A stretch of 33,921 nt of DNA from Callorhinchus milii (lineage: Eukaryota): contig NW_024705573.1 in assembly GCF_018977255.1 (NCBI RefSeq), positions 1-33,921 on the forward strand, in the 5' to 3' direction. Positions 10,635-21,664 of the stretch are shown piece after piece. The position numbers and the translations under genes were made by a program. The notes below the pieces were generated by a model. It did no database searches. It was not told the origin of the DNA and saw only the letters and a list, made by a program, of their open reading frames with translations. Every line of letters begins with the position of its first letter. The stretch's first letter is position 1.

Positions 10635-10648
10635 TGGCGTCAGAAGTG
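10635..10648 (+). other. Primer-binding site, tRNA-Leu-like
   Basis: TGGCGTCAGAAGTG 2 nt after the LTR; resembles the vertebrate tRNA-Leu PBS TGGTGTCAGAAGTG (1 mismatch; from recall). Confidence 0.7.
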
Positions 10649-10664
10649 AAACGGTCTTCCAAGC

Positions 10665-11175
10665 ATGGATACAAGGAAGACCCGTCGGACCCACGGGATT
10701 GACCGCGGGGACAACCTCGACGACTCGGGCCAGCTGGCATCGGGGGTGAGGACGAGGAATTGCCCACGCTGCAGGATCCGCCGACGGCGCCGGACGAGCG
10801 ACGGGGGACCGACGCCGTGCTCCGCGAGGCGCACTCCCGTCTGGCGGAGCTGCTGCTCGCCGCCGCGTCCATCCTGGCGGAGATCAGCTCGTCGGGAGGA
10901 GCGGGGACGGCGGCGGACGTTCTACAGGGTCGCCCCGCAGATTCCCGCCAAAATGACTTGGCGATTCCCGCCATTTCATCTGCGCCGACTTTTGGCGGGA
11001 ACGGCCATCACCACGTGGCAGCGGTTCTCCAAGCGCGCCCGCTTACGTCACCAACGCGCGCTGCGGACCGCCATCAACACCCGCCACTGGGGCCGCCATC
11101 TTACACACCGACGGGGCGGCGGAGAGGAAGCACGAGGAGGAGGACGACTTCATCTTTCAACAGCGCCTTCCCACG
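10665..11175 (+). CDS. gag: Gag N-terminal region (two inferred -1 frameshifts)
   Basis: ATG 10665 just after the PBS; frame switch at G5 10742-10746 into the LPTLQDPPT frame; second switch between 10957 and 11170 into the long gag-pol frame. Confidence 0.6.
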
Positions 11176-14100
11176 TTGTCAGCCTTCAAGGCGGAAGGCG
11201 GGGACTGGGGCCAATTTCAGCGCAGGTTTTTGGCGCATCAGGAGATGTCCGCCTGGTCCGACGCTACGGCACTGCGGGCACTGCCTGCCATGCTGGACGA
11301 CAACGCGCTCGCGGCCTTCACGTCCGCACGCAGGTCGGACCGCTCCACGCTCAAGGATGCGCTGGCTCTCATGGCCAAGGTCTACGGTCCTCCCTCGGCG
11401 TGTCGCCATCATTTTTATGCAAGACGGAAGGCGGACACGGAGACCGTGCTCGCCTATCGCACGGCGTTGCTGGCTCTCGCCGACGCCGCGTTCCCTCGTA
11501 TGGACGAGGAGGGCCAAGATGCGATGGTTTTGGAGCAACTGCTCAAGTTGGCGCAGGACCTGGGGGTCCCCATCAACACGGCCGACGAGACCGATATTTC
11601 TTCCTTACGGGTCGCTACGAGCATACAAGCGCACGAGGTCCTTCAACGTAAACAGGGGGTCGTCTGCAACGCTGCCGTGGCCTCAGCTCCGGGCCCGGTA
11701 GTCACCGTGCCCCAAGTCGTCAGCCCACGAGAGGAGGCGTTCATCGCGGGACGACCGGGGGACTGGAGGTCGGGGGGTCGTTCGCCTCTGCGATCGGCCC
11801 GCAAGCTGGAGCAACCGAGATCTCCGACGACTGTCATCACGTGTTATAACTGCGGCCTCCGGGGCCACGTGGCCTCCGGTTGCCGCGCCCCACGTCAGCG
11901 CGCCATGGGACCTCGGCTGGACGACGAACAAGGCCCCAAGTCATCCCTGCAAACCCCGGCAAGTCGCGGCACCTCACATGCTCGGCCCGCATACTCGACA
12001 CGCATGGGCCGTCGCGTTGCGGCGGAGGAGAGCCGAGTAGGGTTCGGGGATTCGGTTCGGCGAGGGGGGTTCGGCCGGGACCGGGGAGACATTAAATGGT
12101 CGGAGTTGGGGCACAGAATAGTGGCTGCCTCAGCGGGTTCATCCGTCGTTACGGGATCTATTGATGGGGTCGAGGTCAGGGTGTTAGTGGACACGGGGGC
12201 ATCGGCGACTATTATATCGGACCTCATTTATAACATTCTCCCTGTACAATGTCGTCCGCTTCTTCCGGTGGATGTGCCATTTTACGCCGCTAACGGGGGA
12301 TCGTTGGGCATTATCGGTCAGATTAGGGCGTCCATTTGCATTGGAGATATCAAATTGTCGGGACCCGTTTTCGTTTCGTCCTCCCTGGCGGTTCCTTGTC
12401 TATTGGGCACTGATTTTTTGGCAAAAATGCCCATCAAAATTCTCATTGATCAGCGTTGCATTGAACTACCATCGGGTCGCCGTATTTCATTTTTGACGAG
12501 CCCTACTGAAATTCGGACGGCGTGCGCTACGATACAAGCGTTAGCGACACAGACCGTGCACGTGCCCCCGGGTTCACAAATGTTAATTCCCCTCCGGTTG
12601 CGGAAACCATGGGTGAGGGAGGCCTCGGAACAAGGCATGCTTTTGGGTCCTTCTAATAGGGCTGTTGGAGGTCTCGATTTGTCGGTGGCTCACACTTTGG
12701 TTGGGGCTGACAGGGATCCGTTTGTGATGGTTTTAAACGCTGGGTCGCGGCCGGCCGTCATTCAGCAGGGCACCGTGCTAGCTCACGCGGCGCGGGTCCC
12801 TGCGGAAGAGCGGCTGGTTGCGCAGGCTGATCCGAGCCCCACGCAAAACGTAAAACCGAAGGAGGACCTCGAATGGGTCGATTCGCTGTGCGCGGACTCT
12901 GACGATTTGTCAGCGGTACAGTTGGGTGCGCTGCGCGGGTTGCTGATTGAATTTTCGGATGTCTTCAGTAAACATAAGTATGACATTGGGTGCACGGACC
13001 TGCTACGCCACCACATTGAAACGGGCGATGCGGCACCGGTCAGGCTAAATCCCTTCCGACTGAGTCCTGCTGAGAAGGAACATGTTCAGTCGGCCGTTAA
13101 CGATATGCTAGAAGCCGACATTATTTCGCCTTCTTCCAGTCCTTGGGGAGCACCTATTGTGCTCGTTAAAAAGCAGGACGGGTCCTTGCGATTTTGCGTC
13201 GATTTCCGTCGCCTGAATAAGATCTCTGTGGCCGACGCGTATCCGCTCCCCAGGATGGACGAGTCCCTCGACGCATTGTCTGGTGCGCGATACTTTTCGA
13301 CTCTTGATTTATTATCCGGATTCTGGCAGTTGCCACTCGACGAAGAGTCTAAGCCTAAGACTGCATTTCGGACTCCAGGGGGCCTGTTTCAGTTTAACCG
13401 GTTACCCATGGGACTTCACTCCTCTCCTGCGACGTTTCAGCGCCTTATGGAGTTGGTTTTGTCGGGCTTGCAATGGGATACGTGCCTGATTTACCTTGAC
13501 GATGTCATTGTTTTCAGTAAAACGTTTGAAGAACACCTCCAGCGATTGAGAGGGGTGTTCTTGCGAATGCGATCGGCTAAATTAAAGTTTAAACCGGCCA
13601 AATGCCACCTTTTTCGTAAATCCGTTAGATACTTGGGTCACATTGTCGACTCTTCGGGGATTTCTACCGATCCTGCGAAGACGGACTGTGTCAGTTCGTG
13701 GCCGACGCCCACGTCAGTTTCGGACGTGCGCAGTTTCATCGGTTTTGCTTCTTATTATCGCCGATTCGTTGAGCACTTCGCCACCATTGCAAAACCCTTG
13801 CACGCTCTAACGGCGAAAGGAGTGAAGTTCCGATGGGGACCGGAGGAGGAGGCTGCATTCTGCTCCCTCCGGGACGCCTTGGTAGGGGCCCCACCCTTGC
13901 GCTATCCGGACTTTGCGAGTCCCTTCTTGCTAGACACGGATGCTAGCAACACGGGCATTGGGGGGTGCTGTCCCAAGTCGTTGGAGGGGTCGAACGGGTG
14001 GTCGCCTATGGTAGCAGGGTGTTGTCGCCGGCAGAGCAGCGCTACTGCGTCACCCGTCGCGAGCTGCTTGCCATTGTTTTTTTCGTACAACAATTCAGAC

Positions 14101-14439
14101 CATATCTCTATGGTCGTCACTTTACGGTCCGGACGGACCACGCGGCGCTCCAGTATTCATTGCGGGTCGCCCAGCCCTCGGGCCAATTGTCGCGGTGGTT
14201 GGAAGTCCTCCAGGACTATCAGTTCACGACTACATACCGTAAGGGGTTGCGACACACAAATGCCGATGCCCTGTCGCGGTTGTTGCCTTGTCACAAATGT
14301 GCGTGCTTATCGGGATCGGCGCGCTGTAAACCGCCAGTTACGGAAGGTATGGAGGCGTTGGTTGCGACCGCGGGCACACCAATTGGGGATGTTCCCGCTA
14401 CCCCAGGGGGTCAGGACTCGCTGCTCTCACTGTCGCTGA
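11176..14439 (+). CDS. gag-pol: Gag (CCHC knuckle), aspartic protease, reverse transcriptase and RNase H N-part; the true frame is left at ~13965
   Basis: CYNCGLRGHVASGC, VLVDTGA, LRFCVDFRRLN, LPMG..SPATFQ, YLDD, YLGH, DTDASNTGIG. Confidence 0.95.
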   Translation: MSAFKAEGGDWGQFQRRFLAHQEMSAWSDATALRALPAMLDDNALAAFTSARRSDRSTLKDALALMAKVYGPPSACRHHFYARRKADTETVLAYRTALLALADAAFPRMDEEGQDAMVLEQLLKLAQDLGVPINTADETDISSLRVATSIQAHEVLQRKQGVVCNAAVASAPGPVVTVPQVVSPREEAFIAGRPGDWRSGGRSPLRSARKLEQPRSPTTVITCYNCGLRGHVASGCRAPRQRAMGPRLDDEQGPKSSLQTPASRGTSHARPAYSTRMGRRVAAEESRVGFGDSVRRGGFGRDRGDIKWSELGHRIVAASAGSSVVTGSIDGVEVRVLVDTGASATIISDLIYNILPVQCRPLLPVDVPFYAANGGSLGIIGQIRASICIGDIKLSGPVFVSSSLAVPCLLGTDFLAKMPIKILIDQRCIELPSGRRISFLTSPTEIRTACATIQALATQTVHVPPGSQMLIPLRLRKPWVREASEQGMLLGPSNRAVGGLDLSVAHTLVGADRDPFVMVLNAGSRPAVIQQGTVLAHAARVPAEERLVAQADPSPTQNVKPKEDLEWVDSLCADSDDLSAVQLGALRGLLIEFSDVFSKHKYDIGCTDLLRHHIETGDAAPVRLNPFRLSPAEKEHVQSAVNDMLEADIISPSSSPWGAPIVLVKKQDGSLRFCVDFRRLNKISVADAYPLPRMDESLDALSGARYFSTLDLLSGFWQLPLDEESKPKTAFRTPGGLFQFNRLPMGLHSSPATFQRLMELVLSGLQWDTCLIYLDDVIVFSKTFEEHLQRLRGVFLRMRSAKLKFKPAKCHLFRKSVRYLGHIVDSSGISTDPAKTDCVSSWPTPTSVSDVRSFIGFASYYRRFVEHFATIAKPLHALTAKGVKFRWGPEEEAAFCSLRDALVGAPPLRYPDFASPFLLDTDASNTGIGGCCPKSLEGSNGWSPMVAGCCRRQSSATASPVASCLPLFFSYNNSDHISMVVTLRSGRTTRRSSIHCGSPSPRANCRGGWKSSRTISSRLHTVRGCDTQMPMPCRGCCLVTNVRAYRDRRAVNRQLRKVWRRWLRPRAHQLGMFPLPQGVRTRCSHCR

Positions 14440-15943
14440 TTGAGTGGGGCCGTCTCCAAATGGCGGACAGCTCCCTGCTAGCATTGCGCCGCAGGACGGG
14501 GGGTTCCGAAGGTGACCATGAACGAACTGGCTCCTACGTACTTAAGCAAGGCCTGTTAATGAGATGGGACAGTTTGTCCCGGCGGCACGCGATTGTGGTG
14601 CCTTCTGCTGTGAGGGGGAAGGTTGTCTTGGCCGCACACGAACGCCTCTTGCATTTGGGAGTTAACAAAACGCTTGCCCTGCTTCAGCGTGACTATTATT
14701 GGCCGGGAATGGGGAGTGACGTGGTGAATATTCTGAAGGGTTGTGTTGAGTGCGCCAGACGGAAACCACCGCCCGTGGCAGCTAATCCACCGCTGCAATC
14801 TATTCAGGTCTCGCGCACTAACGAGCTCGTTGCACTCGATATTCTGGGGCCTTTTCCAGTCACGCCTAGGGGTAATAAGTACCTGTTGGTGGGGGTCGAA
14901 TATTTTACCCGGTGGCCTATGGCGTGGCCACTCGCCAACCAGTCGGCGGCGGCTGTGACGGACGCCTTTGTCCAGGGCTACGTCCTGGACAAGGGGGCTC
15001 CCGAACGCTTGCTGACCGACCAAGGGAAAAATTTTTCGAGTAAATTACTGCAAGAGGTGTGCGACCTGTTGGGTACTAAGAAGGTGCGTACCTCCCCGTA
15101 CCACCCGCAGACGGACGGGATGGTGGAGAGGCTCCACAGGACATTGACTTCTATGCTGTGCCAGCAGGTGTGTGAGGCACATGTTGATTGGGACCTGCAG
15201 GTCCCTGGGGTCCTCGCCGCGTATAGAATGGCCCCCCATGCAGCTACGGGATTTTCCCCGTTTTATCTGATGTACGGTCGGGAAGCCGACCCGCCCATGG
15301 AAACGCAGCTGGGCCTGCCCGCACCACGAACTAATTCGAAATTGGCAGAGCATATTAAATTTAATATTCATAAGCTGACAGAGGCAAGGGAGGCCGCACG
15401 GCTTAATTCGCGGGCTCGCCAAATTGCAAACGAGCGGTTGCGTGCACGGAAGGTGTCCGTGCACAACTGGGAACCAGGTGACAGGGCCTGGCTGCATTGC
15501 CCTCAGGCACCTTTGGCTACGTCGCCTAAATTGTTGAAGCCATGGCGGGGACCCGTGGAGGTCGTGCGGGTTGCACGCCCCCAGTGCGTTCAGATAAAAT
15601 GGGGAAACGCCGTTGGTACGTCCACCCCTCCCGACTGAAACCGTTCTCGCCTCCATATGGCCTCCCCTTGTGTCGTGAGGGCCGAGCATGTGACGTGACC
15701 GACGACCCTAAGGGGGAAATGTCTTTGCCTGATCCTCACATGTCTCCGCCTGATCCGCTCCCAGGTGTCTCGGAACTGACAGCTGCCGACCACCGGCGGC
15801 CGGATCTTCGCGGCGGGGCCGGTCCTTCCAGGCCCGATCCGCGCCGTCTAGAGCTGCCGGAGCCACCGGACGGTCGCCAGCGTCCCGTCCCATACGACGG
15901 ACCGGCCAGACGGACTCGCGCTAGGTCGCGCTACTTTTTATGA
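13965..15943 (+). CDS. pol: RNase H C-part and integrase (HHCC, DDE, GPF/Y-like C-terminus); -1 shift at G4 15601-15604 into the 15542-15943 frame
   Basis: RELLA, TDHAAL, NADALSR, H..HLG..CVECA, ALDILGP, LTDQG, QTDGMVER, PWRGP, VHPSRLKPF. Confidence 0.93.
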
Positions 15944-16195
15944 CCTACCACGTGAGGAGTCGAGGCAGCCGGAGCGCCTCGTCACTGCGTTTAGTCACAG
16001 AGACACTTGGCGCGTTCGTTTTCTGGTGTTCGCTTTTATTGTGTTGTTCGTCGGGCTGTATATTGCTTCTTATTTAAGTGTTGTTGTGTTGTTGTTGTTG
16101 CGTTACGGGGCACACTGGGGGGTGGGGTTTCTTTATTACTGCGTTGACGTTAGGTTGTGTTGTTGGTTAACAGCCGGGCCGGCTGCAAGCTATGT

Positions 16196-16207
16196 GGGAG
16201 GGGGTGA
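16196..16207 (+). other. Polypurine tract
   Basis: GGGAGGGGGTGA immediately before the 3' LTR. Confidence 0.8.
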
Positions 16208-16940
16208 TGTAGTGGTGATACGCGCTGGGATTAGGGATCGTATGCCAGCGCGTAATGATTGGCTGTGTATGTGGTGACGCGCGCTGACGGTGGAGGATCA
16301 GGGGTCAGCGCGGGGTCGTGGGTTACGGGGTACTGATTGGCTGTGGGCCGGTGACGCGCTGAGAGGGAGTGACCGGGTGGCAGCGCGGTGTGATTGGTGG
16401 AGTAGTGTTAACACGCGCTGGGGAAAACGGATCGTAGAGAGAGTGCGTCGTGATTGGTTCACTAAGGAGCGATGCTCACGTCGACGTCCGCATCAGCTCC
16501 GTCTCTCGTGAGCAGGGGCTATAAAAGGGGATGCACACAGGCGTAAGGGCAGTATGTAACCAGCGAAGAATGAAGACGGGGATGAAGACATAGGGCCCTG
16601 CGGTACCTAGTCCCGCTGTCCTAACGGGACCGGGACTCTGTGTAACCCAGAGGCGAGTGTAGTGTGTGTAGCCATAGGCATAGAGTCTACACGAGCCGAA
16701 TGCATTGTGTGTAGCCAGAGGCATAGGGTCTACACGAGTCAAGTGTATTGTGTGTAGCCAGAGGCATAGGGTCTACACGAGTCAAGTGTATTGTGTGTAG
16801 CCAGAAGCATAGAGTCTACACGAGTTAAGTGGAGTGTATAGTCCAAAGGATAGAGACCACCCGTTGTATTGTGACACGTCAAGATTTAATAAAAGTGTGT
16901 TACCCGTCAAGAAGTTCCTGCCGTCAATTCCAATACTTCA
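16208..16940 (+). repeat. 3' LTR
   Basis: 733-bp direct repeat of 9900-10632. Confidence 0.97.
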
Positions 16941-17039
16941 TAACACTAGAGAATGCATTGTCTTTAATAACAGTGTGACTATAACAATAGGATTCTCAGA
17001 GAGAGAGAGAGTGGTGTGTGTACACATTCTTAGACCATC

Positions 17040-17360
17040 ACCCCCTCCCTCCCCCACCCCCTCCCTCCCCCACCCCTCCCTCCCCCACCCCTCCCTCCCC
17101 CACCCCCTCCCTCCCCCACCCCCCTCCCTCCCCTACCCCCTCTCTCCTCTCCCCACCCCACCCCCTCCCTCCCCCACTTCCACCCCCTCCCTCCCCCACC
17201 CCCTCCCTCCCCCACCAACCTCCCTCCCCCACCCACCCCTCTCTCCCCACCCCCTCCCTCCACTCCCTCCCTTCCCTCCACTCCCCTCCACTCCCCCACT
17301 CCCTCCACTCCCCTCTCCTCCTCCCCTCTCCTCCCTCCCCTCCTCCCCCCCTCCCTCCCC
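17040..17360. repeat. C-rich low-complexity tract (CCCT/CCCCA)
   Basis: Visible directly; serves as the pyrimidine tract for the acceptor at 17363. Confidence 0.9.
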
Positions 17361-17363
17361 CAG

Positions 17364-17444
17364 GCTCTGGCTGAGCAGCAGCAGCAGCAGCCAGCGGTGG
17401 CGGCGGTGTCAGCTGTAGCTGGAACTCACCACCCACTCACCCTG
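17364..17444 (+). CDS. Candidate exon A of an unidentified + strand gene ([27 protein letters not shown])
   Basis: CCCCAG| acceptor, |GTGAGT donor, 81 nt, open only in phase 0. Confidence 0.5.
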
Positions 17445-17484
17445 GTGAGTCTAGCAGGGGGTGAGGGCATGTGGGGAGATGCAT

Positions 17485-19102
17485 TGTGGGTGTGTGTCTG
17501 TGGGTCTCTGTGGGTCTCTGTGGGTGTCTGTGGGTCTGGGTGTCTGTGGGTGTCTGTGGGTTTCTGTGGGTCTATATGGGTTTATGTGTGTGTCTGTGGG
17601 TGTCTGTGGGTCTTTATGGGTCTCTATGGGTCTGTGTGTGTCTGTGTGTGTCTGTGGGTGTCTGTGTGTGTCTGTGTGTTTGTCTGTGTGTGTCTGTGTG
17701 TGTCTGTGTGTGTCTGTGTGTGTCTGTGGGTGTCTGTGGGTGTCTGTGGGTGTCTGTGGGTGTCTGTGTGTGTGTGTGTGTGTCTGTGTGTGTGTGTGTG
17801 TCTGTGGGTGTCTGTCTGTGTCTGTGGGTGTCTGTGGGTGTGTGTGTCTGTGTGTGTGTCTGTGGGTGTCTGTGTGTGTCTGTGGGTGTCTGTGTGTGTC
17901 TGTGGGTGTCTGTGTGTGTCTGTGTGTGTCTGTGTGTGTCTGTGTGTGTCTGTGTATGTCTGTGTGTGTGTGTGGGTGTCTGTGTGTGTCTGTGGGTGTC
18001 TGTGTGTGTGTGTGTCTGTGTGTGTGTCTGTGTGTGTGTGTGTCTGTGTGTGTGTCTGTGTGTGTGTGTCTGTGTGTGTCTGTGTGTGTGTGTGTCTGTG
18101 TGTCTCTGTGTGTGTGTCTGTGTGTGTCTGTGTGTATCTGTGTGTCTGTGTGTGTGTCTGTGGGTGTCTGTGTGTGTCTGTGTGTGTGTGTGTCTGTGTG
18201 TGTGTGTGTCTGTGTGTGTGTGTCTGTGTGTGTGTGTCTGTGTGTGTGTGTGTGTCGTGTGTGTGTCTGTGTGTTGTGTTGTGTCTGTGTGTATGTGTCT
18301 GTGGTGTGTGTCTGTGTGTGTGTCAGTGTGTGTGTGTGTGTCAGTGTGTGTACGTGTGTGTCTGTGTGTCTGTGTGTGTCTGTGTGTACGTGTGTGTACG
18401 TGTGTGTGTCTGTATGTGTGTCAGTGTGTGTATGTGTGTCTGTGTGTGTGTGTACGTGTGTGTGTCAGTGTGTGTACGTGTGTGTCTGTGTGTGTGTGTG
18501 TACGTGTGTGTGTGTGTGTGTGTGTGTGTGTCTGTGTGTGTGTCAGTGTGTGTGTGTGTTTACCTGTGTGTGTACGTGTGTGTACGTGTGTGTGTACCTG
18601 TATGTGTGTGTGTCAGTGTGTGTGTGTCAGTGTGTGTGTCTGTACGTGTGTATGTACGTGTGTGTCTGTCTGTGTGTACGTGTGTGTCTGTGTGTATCTG
18701 TCTGTGTGTCAGTGTGTCTGTGTGTGTGTACTTGTGTGTGTATGTGCGTGTATACTTGTGTGTGTGTACCTGTGTGTTGTGTGTGTACCTGTGTGTCTGT
18801 GTGTACGTGTGTGTACCTGTGCGTGTGTGTGTGTCTGTGTGTACGTGTGTAAGTGTGTGTCTGTGTGTGTACGTGTCTGTGTGTGTGGACGTGTGTGTTT
18901 GTGTACGTGTGTGTGTGTGTGTCTGTGTGTCTGTGTGTGTGTCTGTGTGTGTGTGTCTGTGTGTGTGTGTCTGTGTGTGTGTACGTGTCTGTGTGTGTGT
19001 ACGTGTCTGTGTGTGTACGTGTCTGTGTGTACGTGTCTGTGTGTCTGTGTGTGTGTACCTGTGTGTGTGTCTGTGTCTGTGTTTGTGTCTGTGTGTGTGT
19101 CT
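17485..19102. repeat. (GT)n/(GTGTCT)n compound microsatellite
   Basis: Visible directly; its long Cys/Val ORFs are artefacts. Confidence 0.97.
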
Positions 19103-20775
19103 GTGCCCTGGTGGTCCCCCTCTTTAAGAAGGGGGACCGCACAGACTGTAACAACTACAGGGGCATCTCACTCCTCAGTGTGCCGGAAAAGGTCCTGGCA
19201 AGGATTATTCAACATCGCCTTGCTAGGCACGCTGAGGAGAGGCTTGCAGAGCCCCAATGCGGTTTCAGGAAAGGGCGGTCCTGTACAGATGCCATATTTT
19301 CTGTCTGTCTGCTACAGCAGAGGTGTAGGGAATTCCAACAAGACCTACATCTCTGATTTATTGACCTGGTCAAGGCCTATGACACCATCAGTAGGCCTGG
19401 GCTCTGGGTTGTTCTTCGTGCTTTCGGAGTCCCTGACCCTCTGCTCACGATCATTAAGGACCTTCATGATGGTGAGCGGGCCCAGGTAAAACTACATGGC
19501 CGGGAGTCAGAGCCATTCCCTGTACACCTTGGGGTGCCACATGGATGTCCTCTGGCTCCCACATTATTTAACATCTATTTTGACCACGTGGTTCGTGAAG
19601 CCTTCAGCAGCTGTACCGGGGGAATTTCCATCTGGTACAGATATAATGGGAGGCTGATCGATGCCCGGGTGCGATCAAGGGATAGCTCCCTATTGGTCAA
19701 CCACGTTATGTATGCCGATGATTTGGTAATAGCTGCTCATTCAGAAGAGGAGTTAGAGACGCTGCTGCTGAGACTGGAGCGTGCCACTAAGAGGTGGGGC
19801 CTTACCATCAGCCCCACCAAAACTAAGCACCTGCCTGGGTATTTTGTACCATCAGACACTCCACCCACACAACTCCCAATCGGTGATGGGGCAGTTGTGG
19901 AGAAAGTGTAGAGTTACCCATACCTGGGCAGTGTGCTTATGACCGGCTCCAGTTTAACAGCAGAGGTCTCACTCCGAATCAGTCGAGTGGCAATATCTTT
20001 TCATCAGTTTCGTAACGCTGTGTGGAAGCTACCTGGTCTGTCGCTCCGCACGAAGCTTCAGTTCTTCTCGGCCACGGTCATTCCCTCCCTTCTCTACGCT
20101 TGCGAAACGTGGACCCCCCTAATGGAGCATCTTTGTCAGTTAGAAACATTTAGGCTGGCATGCCTAGGATCCATCCTGGGTTTAACCAGGCTGGATTGTG
20201 TGAGGAGCTCACAAATCCTTGGGCAAAGTCCCATCGGTGAGCTCCTCCGGCAGGTAAGGCTGCATTGGCTTGGTCATGTAGCCCGCATGCCCAGCCACCG
20301 CATGCCGAAACAGCTTTTGTTCAGCCGGATCGAGGGGACTAAATGGGCGCGACATGGGCTAGAGAAGAGATGGAGTGATGTGGTACAGGAGGACGTGGAG
20401 CTGAGTGGACTTGCCGATGACTGGTACCAGCGGTGTCAAGATCGGCCTCTGTGGAGGAGGCTCGTGAAGGACGCTACTGGGCAGTTTGAGGTAGTCGCCC
20501 TCCAACAACAACGGAGGGCGGAGGAGCGACGCTCATAACAACGAGCGGAGCGCCGGGTGGCTAAAGCACAGCAAGTTGGCACAGTAGGGGGCACAGGTGG
20601 TGCATCAGCCAGTCATCTCGGTCATCTCAGTCAGTCGACCCGTGGCACCTGGGTCTGCCCCGTGACCTCCTGCCAGCGGGCGTTCGACACTTCACGTGAT
20701 CTCAAGGTGCACATGGCCTGGCACAAGCATCGTGGTGATGTCACCGCCACTTATGGCGAATGGCGGTTGTTGTTG
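19103..20775 (+). mobile_element. 5'-truncated RTE-clade LINE (RT to 3' end), decayed
   Basis: One frame: KKGD..NYRGISLL, QCGFR, FIDLVKAYD, GCPLAPTLFN, YADD, YLGS, LLYACETW, WLGHVARM, C-terminal C2H2; in-frame stops at 19354, 19909 and 20536; 3' hairpin ACCGCCA/TGGCGGT and (TTG)n tail. Confidence 0.92.
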
Positions 20776-21415
20776 TATAGTGTTGCCAGGTGTGTAGCAG
20801 TGTAGTGTATAGTGTTGCCAGGTATGTGGTAGTGTAGTGTAGTAGTGTAGTGTATAGTGTAGTGTATTTGTTTACAGCTATGAGAGTGGTTCCGTCAGCT
20901 TCTCAACCGCTATGTATATATATAGTGTGTATAGTTTATAATGTATCATGTAGTGTATGTGTTGCCAACTATGTATATAGATGTTGTGTATAGTTTATAG
21001 TGTAGTGTATAGTGTAGTGTGATGTGTTCACAGCTATGTATATAGATGTGTGTGTATAGTTTATAGTGTAGTGTATAGTGTAGTGATAGTGTAGTGTATA
21101 GTGTGTGTGTTCACAGCTGTGTATATAGATGTGTGTGTGTTCACAGAAATGTATATAGATGTGTGTGTGTGTGTTCACAGCTGTGTATATAAATGTGTGT
21201 GTGTGTTCACAGCAATGTATATAGATGTGTGTATAGTGTAGTGTATAGTGTAGTGTATAGTGTATGTGTTCACAGCAATGTATATAGATGTGTGTGTGTG
21301 TTCACAGCTGTGTATATAGATGTGTGTATAGTGTAGTGTATAGTGTATGTGTTCACAGCTGTGTATATAGATGTGTGTGTGTTCACAGCTATCTATATAG
21401 ATGTGTGTGTGTGTG
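20776..21415. repeat. (TAGTG/GTGTA)n microsatellite with ~30-bp GTGTTCACAGCTGTGTATATAGATGTGT units
   Basis: Visible directly. Confidence 0.9.
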
Positions 21416-21421
21416 ACGTAG

Positions 21422-21568
21422 GTCCGCGGAGGGCAAACAGGCGGCCCACACGACGCTGGAGGCTTCCAGGATGAAGGTGGCGGTGGCCCGGGGCAGTCAC
21501 CGAGCGTCGCTGGCGCCCCCGGATTACCACTCGCTGGCGGGGGCCGCCTCTGACGGGAACGGCACCGG
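21422..21568 (+). CDS. Candidate exon B of the unidentified + strand gene
   Basis: GC-rich island between satellites; TAG| acceptor, GG|GTGAGT donor; 147 nt, open in phase 2 (SAEGKQAAHTTLEASRMKVAVARG...), phase-compatible with exon C. Confidence 0.55.
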
Positions 21569-21664
21569 GTGAGTTTCGCGAGGAACGCTCACACCGCTCC
21601 TCATACATTACGGCGTTGACTATTATTATTCATAATCAAGGTTTTTGGGTTTAGATCGCATTAT

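Larger units (their letters stand above)
9900..16940 (+). mobile_element. Full-length Gypsy/Ty3 LTR retrotransposon
   Basis: Two 733-bp TG...CA LTRs, PBS, PPT, gag-PR-RT-RNaseH-IN domain order. Confidence 0.98.

Noticed and set aside
15944..16195. env-like ORF in the Gypsy element
   Set aside because: Only ~250 bp of T-rich 3' UTR; the hydrophobic 83-aa ORF reflects GTT repeats and runs into the LTR.
17397..19102. Long Cys/Val-rich ORFs (463-672 aa); likewise His/Thr/Tyr/Pro ORFs at 21888-23123, 27577-28891, 29448-30017 and 32391-33807
   Set aside because: Translations of stop-free microsatellites, open in several frames.
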